A stretch of DNA of 63,907 nt, counting the filler, from Bigelowiella natans CCMP2755 (lineage: Eukaryota; Protista; Cercozoa): assembly GCA_000320545.1 (NCBI GenBank). It is 4 parts of 4 records of this genome, joined end to end, with 100 filler letters (N's around TTAATTAATTAA, not from the genome) between each part and the next. Parts side by side here need not be neighbours in the genome. Positions count along the whole stretch, not along the records: positions 1 to 31,051 come from ADNK01000792.1; 3 more parts are not named here. One strand, written 5' to 3'. A model generated the notes under the pieces. The model was not told the origin of the DNA and ran no database searches. It saw nothing but the letters and a program-made list of their open reading frames with translations. Positions 1-11,276 of the stretch are shown one piece after another (position 1 is the first letter of the stretch; every line of letters starts with the position of its first letter). The position numbers and the translations under genes are program-made.

Positions 1-544
1 CCTTGTTCACGGCCTGCCTCCACTCTATGGATAGACGTCGATATCTGCTGATGCTCTGGGCATTTCTTGCAAATCATCATCATCACATCTTCGTTAATGT
101 AATGGTTGTCATCAGTCTGATCCCTCATGGAGATGCCGGACTGGCGTTCTTCGAGCTGTACGTGTCTCCGTCGCACGCCACGCTGTTCCCGCAACAACAT
201 TCGCTTTCGCATTCTTCCTTCTCCTCCCCCCCCCCCCCCCCCTCCTTGTTAATCTCATAAACTCACCGGCCTCCCTCTCCAACACAACTAAGAGGAACAA
301 ATGATGACTTTGCTTGTCGTGTGCTCTGCTATTGCCAGAATATCGGAGTCGGGCATGCTGGAGCGGGCGCGGGCTCGCGCGGAGCAGTATAGGTAAAATA
401 CGACGGGGGACAGCCGTCCGCGCTTGCATGTGTGCCATGGACTTTTGGCATGAATTCGGCTTGCGGTTCAGAAGCCGGCCGTGCTGCTGTTATGGCTACT
501 ATGCGAGGCTCTGCGCGTCTTTGCAGTAGCAACCTGCCTCCCTC

Positions 545-594
<50 letters not shown>

Positions 595-2316
595 TCCCTC
601 TCTCCCTCTCTCTCTCTCTCTCTCCCTCTCCTTCTCCTCCTTTCTCTTGTTTTGATGTAATAAAAAAACGACGAAATAGATAGAGAAGAACATAATGTCG
701 CTGCCCGGTCGGCAAACCCATACCCATCCCCTCCCCCCCCTCTCACCCCAAAACGCAGGAGACGGGTGAGAAATCTCGTTCACTCGAGGAGGAGGAGGAG
801 GAGGAGGAGGAGAAAGAAGCAGAAAAGGAAGAAAACGCAACAGCGGCGTCGATCCTCCTCCTCTTCCTCCGATTATGAGGAGGAGGAGGTGGGAAGGGGG
901 GGGAGATGGGGGAGCATCTTCGGGCAATGGCAGCCGTACCAGACATACACAGCTCAGCTGATTGAAAGGAGGAGAGGAAGCGATAGACCGTGGCTGATAA
1001 TGCCTGATGGAGAAGCTGATAACGCTGAGGCAAAATCGTCGCCAATGATGATTCCAGGCGGCAGCAGCAGCAGCAGAGTCTACCCGATATCACTGAAGAG
1101 CGGTGCAGAGGAGGAGGGGAGGGGGAGGGGGGGCGGCGGGGGGAGGTTCGATTCGCAGCTGATCCCAGCCGAGGAGCGCGTGGCCCTTATGAGGAGGAAG
1201 CTCTTCCACCCGCTCTTCGGACCGGATATTCCGTGAGTGGGAGAGGAGGGGGGGGGGAGGGGGGGAGGGTGCAGAACGAGAGAAGAAAATCTATGATGAT
1301 GATGACAATGATGATGGCAATGATGATGACAATGATGATGACGAATGATGATGAGTCCTAGCCGTCTCTGCCCTCCCTCTCCTCATCCTCCTCCTCCTCC
1401 TCCTCCTCCTCCTCCTCCTCTTCATCGTCCTCACAATCAATCTCAGTTGGTTTGAAGAGGGTGCGGGGATGCTAAGCTCCATCACAGATTCTGAAGCCTA
1501 TGAGGACTACGACAAGACCAACAATAGTAACAGCAGCAGCAATAACACCACCACCAACAACAACAACAACGACAACGGCAGCGTTATCCGTCCTCCCCCC
1601 TCGGACGCGAGAGATGCAAGCGCTAGGAGGGGCTTCATAAAGAAGAGGAAGGAGAGGAAGAAGAAGGACCACATACCTACACTCTTGCTTCGACATCGCC
1701 CAGGACTTAGTAAGCTGCGACGAGGAGGATTTATAATGGGGAGATGATAACCATGAGAGAGAAGGGGGTGGGGGTGGGGAGTCTAAGAGCGAACGAGAGT
1801 GTATTTGACCACGAGCTACTCGATGTCTTCAGATTCGAGGATTTACTATGATTTGTATTGCGTCATAATTGCCTTTCTTTATCATTACTCTTGAATGTCC
1901 TCTCTCTCCCCCTTTTTCTTTCTCCTCCTCCTCCTCCTCCTCCTCCTCCTCCTCCCCTCCTTTGTAATATTTTTTTTCACGAAGTTCGGTTGGCATGAGC
2001 CCCCCCTTCCCTGTCACTGACTAGAATTGTTACGCATGATAATTCGTATAGGGAGGCGGTATCTTCTAGAGAAGAGAAGGCTCTTGGTAATATACATAAA
2101 AGAGGAGGGCGGGGACTGAATACGAAAATTAATAGCTCTAAAAGCATCGGCGCGCTCACATTCCTCTTCCGTTTTCTCGATTTTCACTTGATTGATCACT
2201 CCTCGCGTACCTACGATCAGAGGAGAAAATAAGATAAATTCGGTTCAAAAAAAGGACGACGCGGTGCATCATAATTGATGTCTTTTCTATTGAAATGCTC
2301 CCATGACTGACCGTAA

Positions 2317-2352
<36 letters not shown>

Positions 2353-2785
2353 CGCGCGCGTGTGGTGTTATCGTTAGGGTCACGTCATCCATCATAGAGC
2401 GCAGATCTGCGCGAAGCTTGAAGAGGGGACTATACCGAAGCAGGTGGGTGCGGTTGAGAGGATCATTGAGGAGAGCACAGAGTCGGTGATGCATATACCA
2501 TGGCCGTTTGCCTGGATGCTTTTGATTTATGATTTTCAGATATGGCAGCATGTCGACCTCGAGAATGCTGCTGGGAACGCTCCATCCCCCCGGGGAGGCG
2601 CTGCGGGAGGAGGGGGGGGGGGGGGGGAAGATGCACTGTTGGATCTAGAATCCGAGTCCGAACCAGCAGAGGATGGCCGTAGCGATGATGGTTATCATGC
2701 TGCGGCTGAGCTAGCTGAGGCCGACGATGGGAAGAGTCACAAGTTGGATCTGCTTCCTGAAGACGACATCACTAGACGTGAATAG
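1..2785 (+). CDS. Multi-exon gene of unknown function, 5' end outside the window; low-complexity Arg/Ser/Glu-rich protein
   Basis: Series of plus-strand ag|exon|gt blocks (e.g. ccag|aatatcgg...tatag|gtaaa near 338-392; gcag|gagacgg at ~759 leading into ORF 766-1236; ttttcag|atatgg at ~2540 running to the stop at 2785). No recognisable domain. Confidence 0.45.
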
Positions 2786-3457
2786 GCTTTCGCCCTTTTA
2801 GTTTTGTTCGAGAGGCCATTTACAAATTTTCACCCGCTCATCAATGATCGAATCATCAGTAATACTCGAATGATGCTCGGTCATGTGCATTGCTATAGAT
2901 GAGATTGCCACAGCTCGATCAATGAAACTGTTGGCTTCACCTTCTCAGTACTAGAGTAATGTTGGAGCCTTGTCGATCATTGGAAGAAAGCCATTCTAGC
3001 ATTGTTTAGGCGCATGCTTGCAATTATTGCAAATCATGTGCATGCTAGCATGGCTAGATGGCATGCTCCATGCTAGCGTTTCTCACTCTAGAACTAGGGG
3101 ATCATTTTTGCAGCTTTGCATGTCGAATGAATGGAACATGCTAGCATGATTGACCCGCACATCAACAATTCTAAAGCGCCATCGTGACGGCTACGTTTGT
3201 CCACTCTAGCACTGATGCGGATCTGGTGCTGAGAATTTGCATTGTTATTTGCGCACATGTAGATAATAGACACAGCAATACACTATATATTATTGTGTAT
3301 TGCATGTCTATCATATAGACTTGTCTACCATACGTTGTGTAAACGAGTTGCGTATCATATGTTTAGATGCATGCACTAAACTAGTAAAGACTAGAAGAGG
3401 GTTCATGATGCACAAACCTAGGAATTGGTCTACCGTTGCAAAAACACGTGAAACTCA

Positions 3458-4300
3458 TCAATGCACGAGAATTTCACACGCTGTTCGCGCAGGCGGGACT
3501 GTGCACGCAGCTGCCTTGATGCGACCACCCGGCACAAGGAATAGCAGCTCCACGCTCTCGTTCTCGCTCCCAGCCACAGTTACATTTATTCCGCCATCGC
3601 TGCTTTCGCCGGCGCTGTTTTTGGCCATGGCATCAGGCTGCCGTACCGACAACACGCGTGTGGGAGATACGGGAACCAGTTTCTTGTGCTCACCAAGCAG
3701 AGCATATCCGCTGTCCAGCACAGGGCTGATGACCCATGTCTTGTGCCTGAGGGGGGCGGATTCACTGGTGGAGTTGATGACGTCCTGCAGTGCTGATGCG
3801 CCCACCGATCTCGTGCTCACATCAAGTTGCCACTTCGTGGTGTCATCAGCAAGCGGAGTGACGCACTGGGTAGCGACGACACCGTCCCTGCAGCTCTCCT
3901 CGCCCACCTCCCACGCCACCAGAGCGGTTGCAGGGGGCGGGCGAGGGTATAGATCGTCGATACCTAGTAGCAGCGGCGACGATGAAGATTCAGACTTGGC
4001 ATCCGCCTCGATCGCAAGGACTTGGAAGTACGTTTCTTGGCCGATTTCGGAGCTTGCAACCCAGATGTGTGCCCCCTCAGGAGGGGCGTGGGCAGAAGTA
4101 TAGGAGCGGTCGATGGGCAGGGGCGCGCGCGAAGGCTGCAGAAGCGTTCCATCAGCCATGCATGTGCGCCGCAGAAGATCGTAGCGAGCCGTCCCTAGGG
4201 GAGGAGTCATGAGAAACAGTCTGTCAGACCAAAACCGGTATTCGCGAGTGTGCTCATCGATGAGCAAATGTGAAGGTGTGAGCACCCCCTCTCTCCCCCC

Positions 4301-4338
<38 letters not shown>

Positions 4339-4350
4339 GCGTGGCTATAT

Positions 4351-4422
<72 letters not shown>

Positions 4423-6508
4423 TGCGAAACGGGCAGCAATGCAGCGACTGGAAATTCGACCCACTCGTACCCAGTTCATCCGAAAAGCCAACCGGTCCAG
4501 TGGAGAGGGTGGCGATGAGCGCGTTCAGCGCGCCGCCCTCCAACGCCGTGCGGAAGTTGTCCTTACTGGGCCTCAGGCCTACCGCCGCCACGAGCAGTGA
4601 TGTTGCGCCGATGTTCCAGTTGTCCCCCCCCGGCTGATAGTCGTGGCTCGCTCTCGCGTTCGTTACCGCGCGGTGGAGCACTGACTCGAGAAGGTCCGAG
4701 GGCAGTGGCATGCAGTACTGGATCGGGAGCGAGTGGGCCGTAGCGGCGTCGCCCATGGCGCTCAGCCACTCGTGCGCCGCTTCGAGATCCGTGTTAAACG
4801 GCTCGAATAGCAGGTAGTTGAAGTCCAAGAAGTCGATTTCGTAGCCCACCGCACCGCGCTCTCGCATGCTGGCCATGAGCCGGTCAAAGTAGCGTCGGGC
4901 GTGGGGGGCGGGGTACGCGTTGGCGAGCTGGCCGCGGGCCCAGGAAAGATTGTATCGATTGGAGACTGCCATTGTTATGGTCTCCTCCCCCTCTTCCTCC
5001 TCCCGCCCCTCGTCGTTCTGCTGCTGCTGCTGCTGAAGATGTAAGTCTTTGGGCGTGAAGGAGGCGCATGTGGGTCCATCATACATGAGGAAAGAGGTGT
5101 TAAGTCTCTCAGCGAGAGCTTTTAGCCCAGATGGGAACAGGCTGCGCTGCTCTGTTACACCGCGCTTGCAATTGGCGTTCTCACGCTCAAACTCGAACCA
5201 GTAGGCGTCCAGCTGCGTGTAGGCGACAGGAAGCTTCATGCGCGCGAATTCAGCGTGAAGCTTCGACAGAACGGCCTCGGGCGTCCCCCTCTCCAGGATC
5301 TGGTCATAGTTGTACCAAGAGTAGAAGGCGCCGTTGTCAGTCCAATAAGAGATCTTCGTACTCAGAGGATCCTCCTCCACCAGTCTATTCTTCTTGCTAC
5401 TTGCGACGAAGGAACGCTGGGCTCCTGCTCCTGCTTGATTACGCTCATCGCTGCTCGCATGAGCCCTTCGTAGCAGCTCCCCGTACACATGCACAGCATC
5501 GGTGGGGCCCTGGCGGGAAAAGCTCAATGATGTCGTCCCCTCATAGCCAGCGGGAAGCTGCTTTACGTAGCCGTGCGGGCCAGCACATAGCCGTGCCGGA
5601 GCCCCCGCCCCTTCTTCCAATCCCTCGATGGAGCAGTCGTAGCCGAGGATGTTGCTCTTGAAGTTATCAAAGGGTGCTAGCACGAGAGTGTCTCTGTTCC
5701 CTGTTCTGGGTTCCCCGTCGAAGACGACGTGAGGACCGCCCTCCTGTCCCCCGGGAGCTCCGACACCTTCCCCCCACCTTGCGACCGCGAATCTTCCCAT
5801 CCAGCTGAGATGTTCCACGGTGTGGGGGAGACCTGCTCCGGCGTTGAAGGAGGGAAACATTACTGATACGCGACCGGTCGCGCCGAATTGCCCGACATTC
5901 GGCCAGTGAACCGTGCGTCGGTCCCTCGTCGCCCCGGTCTGCATCATGTACACTTTGTGTGCGGGATTGCTGCTCTGGAACACCTTCTGTGCGTCCCATT
6001 GCAGCAGGTTCGCGTCCACGAGGCCTTGGGGTAGAGTTTGGCGGAATAGGAATAAGCCTTCTTTAGCAGCTGGGCTGGCTTCAGATGCGAAATACTGGAT
6101 GGCGACAGAGAATGGCGTTTTTTGATGGCCTACTAGGAAATTCATTCGTATCTCGTCGTAGTCACCGAGCTTGGCATCGTGCTGGTTGTCGAAAGTCTCG
6201 ATACCGTCAAATATGAGAGGCTGAACTAATGACGACGGCGATGATGCTCGGTCTTGGTACCAGATCTTACCGGTGTGAATTGCGACGGGAAGGCTGTGCA
6301 GCCAAGGCTTGGCATTGACATTAACAGCGAAGGTTCTATTCCGGTACACCACTACCTCATACCCACCGCCTCGCCGCCAGATAACCTCCCCCTCGGTGTC
6401 CTCTCCTATAAATTTTGCTTGCTGTGATTCGCGCCAAAGGGTGTGGGCTGGGGTGACGAGGAAAAGGAGTACTAGACTCCTCAGGAAGGAGCATGCCTCC
6501 ATCGCCAC
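3458..6508 (-). CDS. Secreted glycoside-hydrolase-like protein (clan GH-D, GH36/raffinose-synthase-like TIM barrel); one intron at 4195-4470
   Basis: N-terminal signal peptide. Motifs YWTDNGAFY, YTQLDAYWF, GYEIDFL, QYCM, ARASHDY and LSTGPVG resemble the GH27/GH36 barrel motifs. Removing a 276-nt GT..AG microsatellite intron joins GPVGFSDELG to TARYDLLRRTC. Confidence 0.7.
4289..4421. repeat. Compound intronic microsatellite (CT)n-(TA)n-(TG)n, representative of dozens in the window
   Basis: Directly visible. Confidence 0.95.
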
Positions 6509-6840
6509 CAGGAATTAAGTCATAGCTTCCGTCCCCGATACTGGAGACTTTTCAATGCGACGACCATTCGCCCGTAAAATATCTAAAATATCAGTCCTTT
6601 CTGCTATAAATCAGAATACGCCCCGGCATTCGAGCGTTGTTCGGGCTTTCCCGTCGATCTGAACATTGGAAGCACTTCTGGAGTTGGTCTTGTGGTAGTC
6701 CTGCGAGCGAGTCAAAGCTTTCATTTTGCGCTCGGTGGAATCTCGGTGAATCTCGACGATACTCGAGGAATCTCGAAATCCGGAGATCAAATCTCTCAGT
6801 AGTCTCGAGAAGAAAGCAACGTTCCGACAGGCAAGGAAGC

Positions 6841-9259
6841 ATGCCCTCTCCCCGACACGGGGCGCTCTGCTCCGTGCTCCTCCTCCTCTCGCCTTGGTTT
6901 TCCGTGGCTATCACGCCGACTGTGACGGTGCAGAGTACTCTGGGGAAGATCCAAGGTGGTTGCTAGTTACAGGCAATTTTCGTTCGCAGTTGTTTTTCTC
7001 GAATGGCGTTCGAGGTCTGCACTCCGCGTTTTGACGCAAAACAGAGCGTGTAGCACTTGAGTTGCTGCCAAACTTCGATACCTGCCTATAAAATTGTGCT
7101 AAGTATTACTTGTCTCACCCTATCCCGCCCCCTCTTTCCTCCTCCTCCTCTTCTTCCTCTTCCTCTCTTCACTTCCTCAGGATACTATGAGGACGGCACG
7201 TACCGTTTCCTTGGAATTCCTTACGCGAAAGCACCAGTAGGGAGGCTACGCTTCCGCCCCCCCGAGCCACCAAAATCATGGGATCCTTCAACCCTCAAGG
7301 CCGCAGCCTATAAACCGGCATGCCCCCAGACGTCCACCTGGTGGGGACCTGCTGCGGAGGATACCGACGAGGACTGCCTCTTCCTAAACGTCGTCTCCCC
7401 GGCAACAGCAGAAATAGGCGGTGACGGGTTTCTTCTCAACGGCACCACCAACAGCTCGCATCCTGAGGGCGGAAGTAAGTTGGCGCCCATAATGGTGTAC
7501 ATCCACGGGGGCGGTTTTGTGCACGGGGCGGGCTCGGTGTGGAACCTCAGTCGTTATGCAGAGCGACAAGGCGTCGTCACGGCGACTCTCAACTATCGGC
7601 TCGGCGTGCTCGGTCATCTAGCGATCGAAGAGAGGGGGGAGGAAAAAGAGGAGGAGGAGGAGGAGGAGGAAAAGCAGCACCGCAATAACAGGTGCTGGTC
7701 ACGAACAAAAAGAGGAGGGGGAGACATGAACCAGAGTTTGTACTTTGTATTTCCTATTTCCACATATTAACCATTCTCCGTTTGTATGACTGCCATAACA
7801 CAACACAGCACCGGTAGCAGCAATTTCCTCCTCGATCAGATCATGGCTCTTTCTTTCCTGCGCGACAATGCCCGTGCGTTCGGCGGCGACCCGTCTCGCA
7901 TCACAGTGATCGGAGAGTCAGCCGGTGGAATTAGCGTGTGCATGCTTCTCTTCTCCCCCCTCACCAAGGGTCTTTTCCAGCGTGCTGGCATCCAATCGGG
8001 GCCGTGCGTTGGGCCTTGGGGGCCAAGATCCAAGGCCGTTGGAATTGCTGCGGGGAAGGCGTTCATGGAGTCGCTTAACGTGTCTAGCGCAACAGAGCTT
8101 CGAGCATTGCCGCTGCAGACTTTACAATCGTCGCCTCTTTTTGCGGGTGTCACGTCAGTAGATGGGTACGTGCTCCCGGTGCATCCTGAGGAGTTACTAC
8201 GGCTCTCTTCCTCTTCTTCGCTGTCATCGTCGAGTTCCCTTTTCCCCAGCTTGGACCGACTGCTGATTGGGTCGAATACCAATGATGGCCTAGCGCCCTT
8301 CCCTTGGCTCGACTTCGAGAAAACAACAGGGTGTGTGTGTGTGTTTGTGTGTGTGCGTGTGTGCGTGTGTGTGCCAGGGCATCAGCTGGTGGTGGATATC
8401 TCTGTACTCGTACTACTCAAATGAATTTTGCATATCCTCATCCAATCACCCCCCCTCTCATATTCCATCGCGTCCCTCTCCACAGGTACCCCTCGTCGGA
8501 ATCCGGGTTACGCGAGCGATTTCGGCAGTTCTTTTGGGCGTCGCCGAGGCTCATGGGCGCTCTCAAGAAAGTCTACAGCGCCCACAACTTCGGACACAAC
8601 GCGACCTTGGCCTTCCTACAAGCCAACGCAGACGCGTGTGTTGTGTGCCCCACACGGCGCATCGCGCGTGCTTCCGCGAGGGATGGAAGCGCGAAAGCAG
8701 CCCCCGTCCCTCCAGCCCCATCTGTGCTTGAGGTTGCGTTGTACAAATACGGGTATTCGCAAGTGTGGAACGGACTATCGCCACACGCCTCCGAGCTGCC
8801 AATGGTGTTTGGTTGGAACATGCCAAAATTCACCGAAAAGTATGGCTACGACGAGGCACAATCAAGGAAGATGCAAGGCTGGTGGGGGGACTTCGTTCGC
8901 AAGGGGTTGCCCTGGCCTCAGGCGGGGAAGGGGGGCGACTTCAAACTCAGGTTTCTGCGAGACGGGATGAAGAGGGGCCAGGGAATGCATGCGGTTGTTT
9001 TTGCATTTCTTCAATTTTTTCTAACAATGTTCTGCGTTCTGTGTGGCTCGCTTTTCGTCGCAGATTCCTCAATATTTCTGAGAGCGAGGCTGTTCTAACG
9101 GGCTACCGACCGGTGTGCGATGTGTGGGAGGCCGAGGCAAGCAACCAAACAGCTGCGAGGCTGATCTGGAAGCAAACATGCCAGTTTTGCTTTCAGAATG
9201 TCAACACTACGATGGCTGGCGGAGTTGATTATTGCGAATTTCCTATCGCTAGTAGTTGA
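6841..9259 (+). CDS. Secreted type-B carboxylesterase/cholinesterase-family hydrolase (about 5 exons)
   Basis: Signal peptide MPSPRHGALCSVLLLL. Motifs FLGIPYAKAPVGRLRFRPP, DEDCLFLNV, IHGGGF, NYRLG, FGGDPSRIT and GESAGG (catalytic Ser), plus GSNTNDG (acid) and HASEL (His). Confidence 0.9.
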
Positions 9260-9758
9260 GTAGTGTCCATGCTCTACCTGGAGTATTTATCATACGATAA
9301 TAAGCAATACAGCCATAGAAACATTCACAGTGCTATACATGTACCCTCGATAACCCTTTGTTGCGCGTATCTATTAACATGATTTCATGCGCCGTGCGTA
9401 AGCAGTGTGGTACGCAATACTGCGCCCAAATCGTGTGCGGCAAAATGAGAGTTTTAACTGGCTATCTATATACAAGCAAGCGATGGCAGCTGCGTTCGTT
9501 CCGTGCTATGGCATCGTATGGCATGCATGCACTTATTATATGTGATCGCATCGCCGCATGCCTGCGGCGGCGCATGCATGCTAAAATACTGATCAGCAAA
9601 GCTATGCTCATAACACTAGCATCGCCAAAGTGTTACCACATCTGTCCCATGTGTTTGGAATAATGCCTCACCGTCCAACCCTAGAACTATTACCATACAC
9701 CATGTAGTAATAGCATCGACTAATACTTGCTAGATAGCTGCAACGCATCGTATCGTTG

Positions 9759-11123
9759 TCAGCCACGCGCATATCGCTTCGGAATTCTCAACCGCCTTTT
9801 CTTGGGGGGGGGGGCAGGATCCTGAGCAACGGCGTCTAGTATAGCTTGTTGTCGCCGAGCCTCCTTGTCCTCTAGGTTTTCGCTTTCTATCGACTCTGTA
9901 GAAGTTGTGGCTTCGATGACGACTATGTCTGTGGTTTTTCTACCAGCCCCTTCTTCCCCGCCTTCCATTCTTTTCCTCTCTTCTTCCGAACGCTTTTCTC
10001 CGCCCGCCTCTCCTATGTTCTCGTCGCCTTCGCCCCGATCTGGTTCTTTATACCTCTCTATCGCGCTGTCAGGGAATTCTTCATAGGCTCCAAGTTCGGC
10101 TCGCTTCCTCTTCAGAGCCACCCCCAGCGCCTTTCTCGTGACTTCTGTTGCTAAGTAGACGTCCTGAAGCATTTCTAATTCAGTTATGAGGAAGGGGAGG
10201 TGCTCATGAACACCCTTCTGATCTCTTATATTCAACGGCAGTGCGACGGCCATCTCGGCGAGGTGGGCTAGGATCTCCTCCCTTCGCTGTGTGACCGTTC
10301 CGGAGAAAACTTTTAAGTCTTTCATGATATGCTTCCGAAGGCCAATATTGTAGGCATTGCATACGATTTGCAGAGCTGCTATGGCCAGCGGCTTTGCTTG
10401 GCGTCCTTCGAGGATGAGCGCCTCGATGGCCACATCCAACAGTTTCTGTGTCCGTTGCACCACCTCGCGGATCTTCGCCATAGTCTTCGTGGCCTTGGTT
10501 TTGAGCGAAGGGATTTCCAGATAATTCAACATGCGGTCTATAAACATGTGCGGCTTCTGGGTCGGGACATAAATGCCAAGTTTCTTCTTCATTGTGTCGT
10601 ATACGCGGACAAGCTCGCCCAGCGTGCAGTCAGCTTTCCGGGCTATCTCCTTTATTTCGAACCGGTCGCTGTGGGGATCATTCCTGAAACTAATGAAAAG
10701 GGCGGCTGCGATGAGGACGATCATGTACTCGCCGCTCGGGGCTTTATCATTGCAAAACTTCTTGAGCTTGTGCATTACGGTTTTGAGAATTTGAGTCTTG
10801 GTGCCGTAGTGGCTCACGAACTCGCCCACGAACGTCTCTGCCCTCCTCTCAATATTTTTCCACCTTTTCACCTTTAAATATTTCGCAGTCAAGGCCCCCC
10901 CTCTCGTTCCACGTTGGCGGATGCCGTGATCTCTAAAGTTGCCCGAGTGGCTATAGCCTGTACATTCGGCGCGGTGAAGCACGTGCTCGAGGGCAAAGGT
11001 GGGCTTCGGCTGGTATCCGCAGTAGTTGCAGGCCCTTGTGGAGGAAACAGGATCGCTGACGATCTCGCCAATGTTGCAGTTCGAGCACGTTTCCCCCGCC
11101 GGGGGAAGGAGCGTTTCCATCAT
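9759..11123 (-). CDS. TFIIB/BRF-family transcription factor (Zn ribbon plus two cyclin folds), intronless
   Basis: 454-aa ORF with N-terminal CSNC-x17-CNYC Zn ribbon. Cyclin-repeat motifs IAAALFISFR, IKEIA, PHMFIDR and ILEGRQAKPLAIAAL, then TVTQRREEI. C-terminal NLS-like PPPKKRR. Confidence 0.8.
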   Translation of the reverse strand: MMETLLPPAGETCSNCNIGEIVSDPVSSTRACNYCGYQPKPTFALEHVLHRAECTGYSHSGNFRDHGIRQRGTRGGALTAKYLKVKRWKNIERRAETFVGEFVSHYGTKTQILKTVMHKLKKFCNDKAPSGEYMIVLIAAALFISFRNDPHSDRFEIKEIARKADCTLGELVRVYDTMKKKLGIYVPTQKPHMFIDRMLNYLEIPSLKTKATKTMAKIREVVQRTQKLLDVAIEALILEGRQAKPLAIAALQIVCNAYNIGLRKHIMKDLKVFSGTVTQRREEILAHLAEMAVALPLNIRDQKGVHEHLPFLITELEMLQDVYLATEVTRKALGVALKRKRAELGAYEEFPDSAIERYKEPDRGEGDENIGEAGGEKRSEEERKRMEGGEEGAGRKTTDIVVIEATTSTESIESENLEDKEARRQQAILDAVAQDPAPPPKKRRLRIPKRYARG

Positions 11124-11276
11124 GAAGCCTTCGACCGCCCGAGGAGGGGCATGAATGATGCGGTGTGAATAATCACAAAAACTATCCCATTTAACCCTGC
11201 GACACCAAAACTTTTTTGTCGCAGTAACGGAAACAGAAAATCTATTGGATTTATTTACTGCGACAACATATCACTG
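11124..11276. promoter_or_regulatory. 153-bp bidirectional promoter with three TGCGACA sites
   Basis: Lies between divergent ATGs. TGCGACA at 11198, TGTCGCA at 11217 and TGCGACA at 11259. Confidence 0.55.

Noticed and set aside
329-927. ORFs with ERERER, SLSLSL, CVCVCV, YIYIYI or HTHTHT runs here and throughout the window
   Set aside because: Translations of intronic microsatellites or antisense shadows of real genes.
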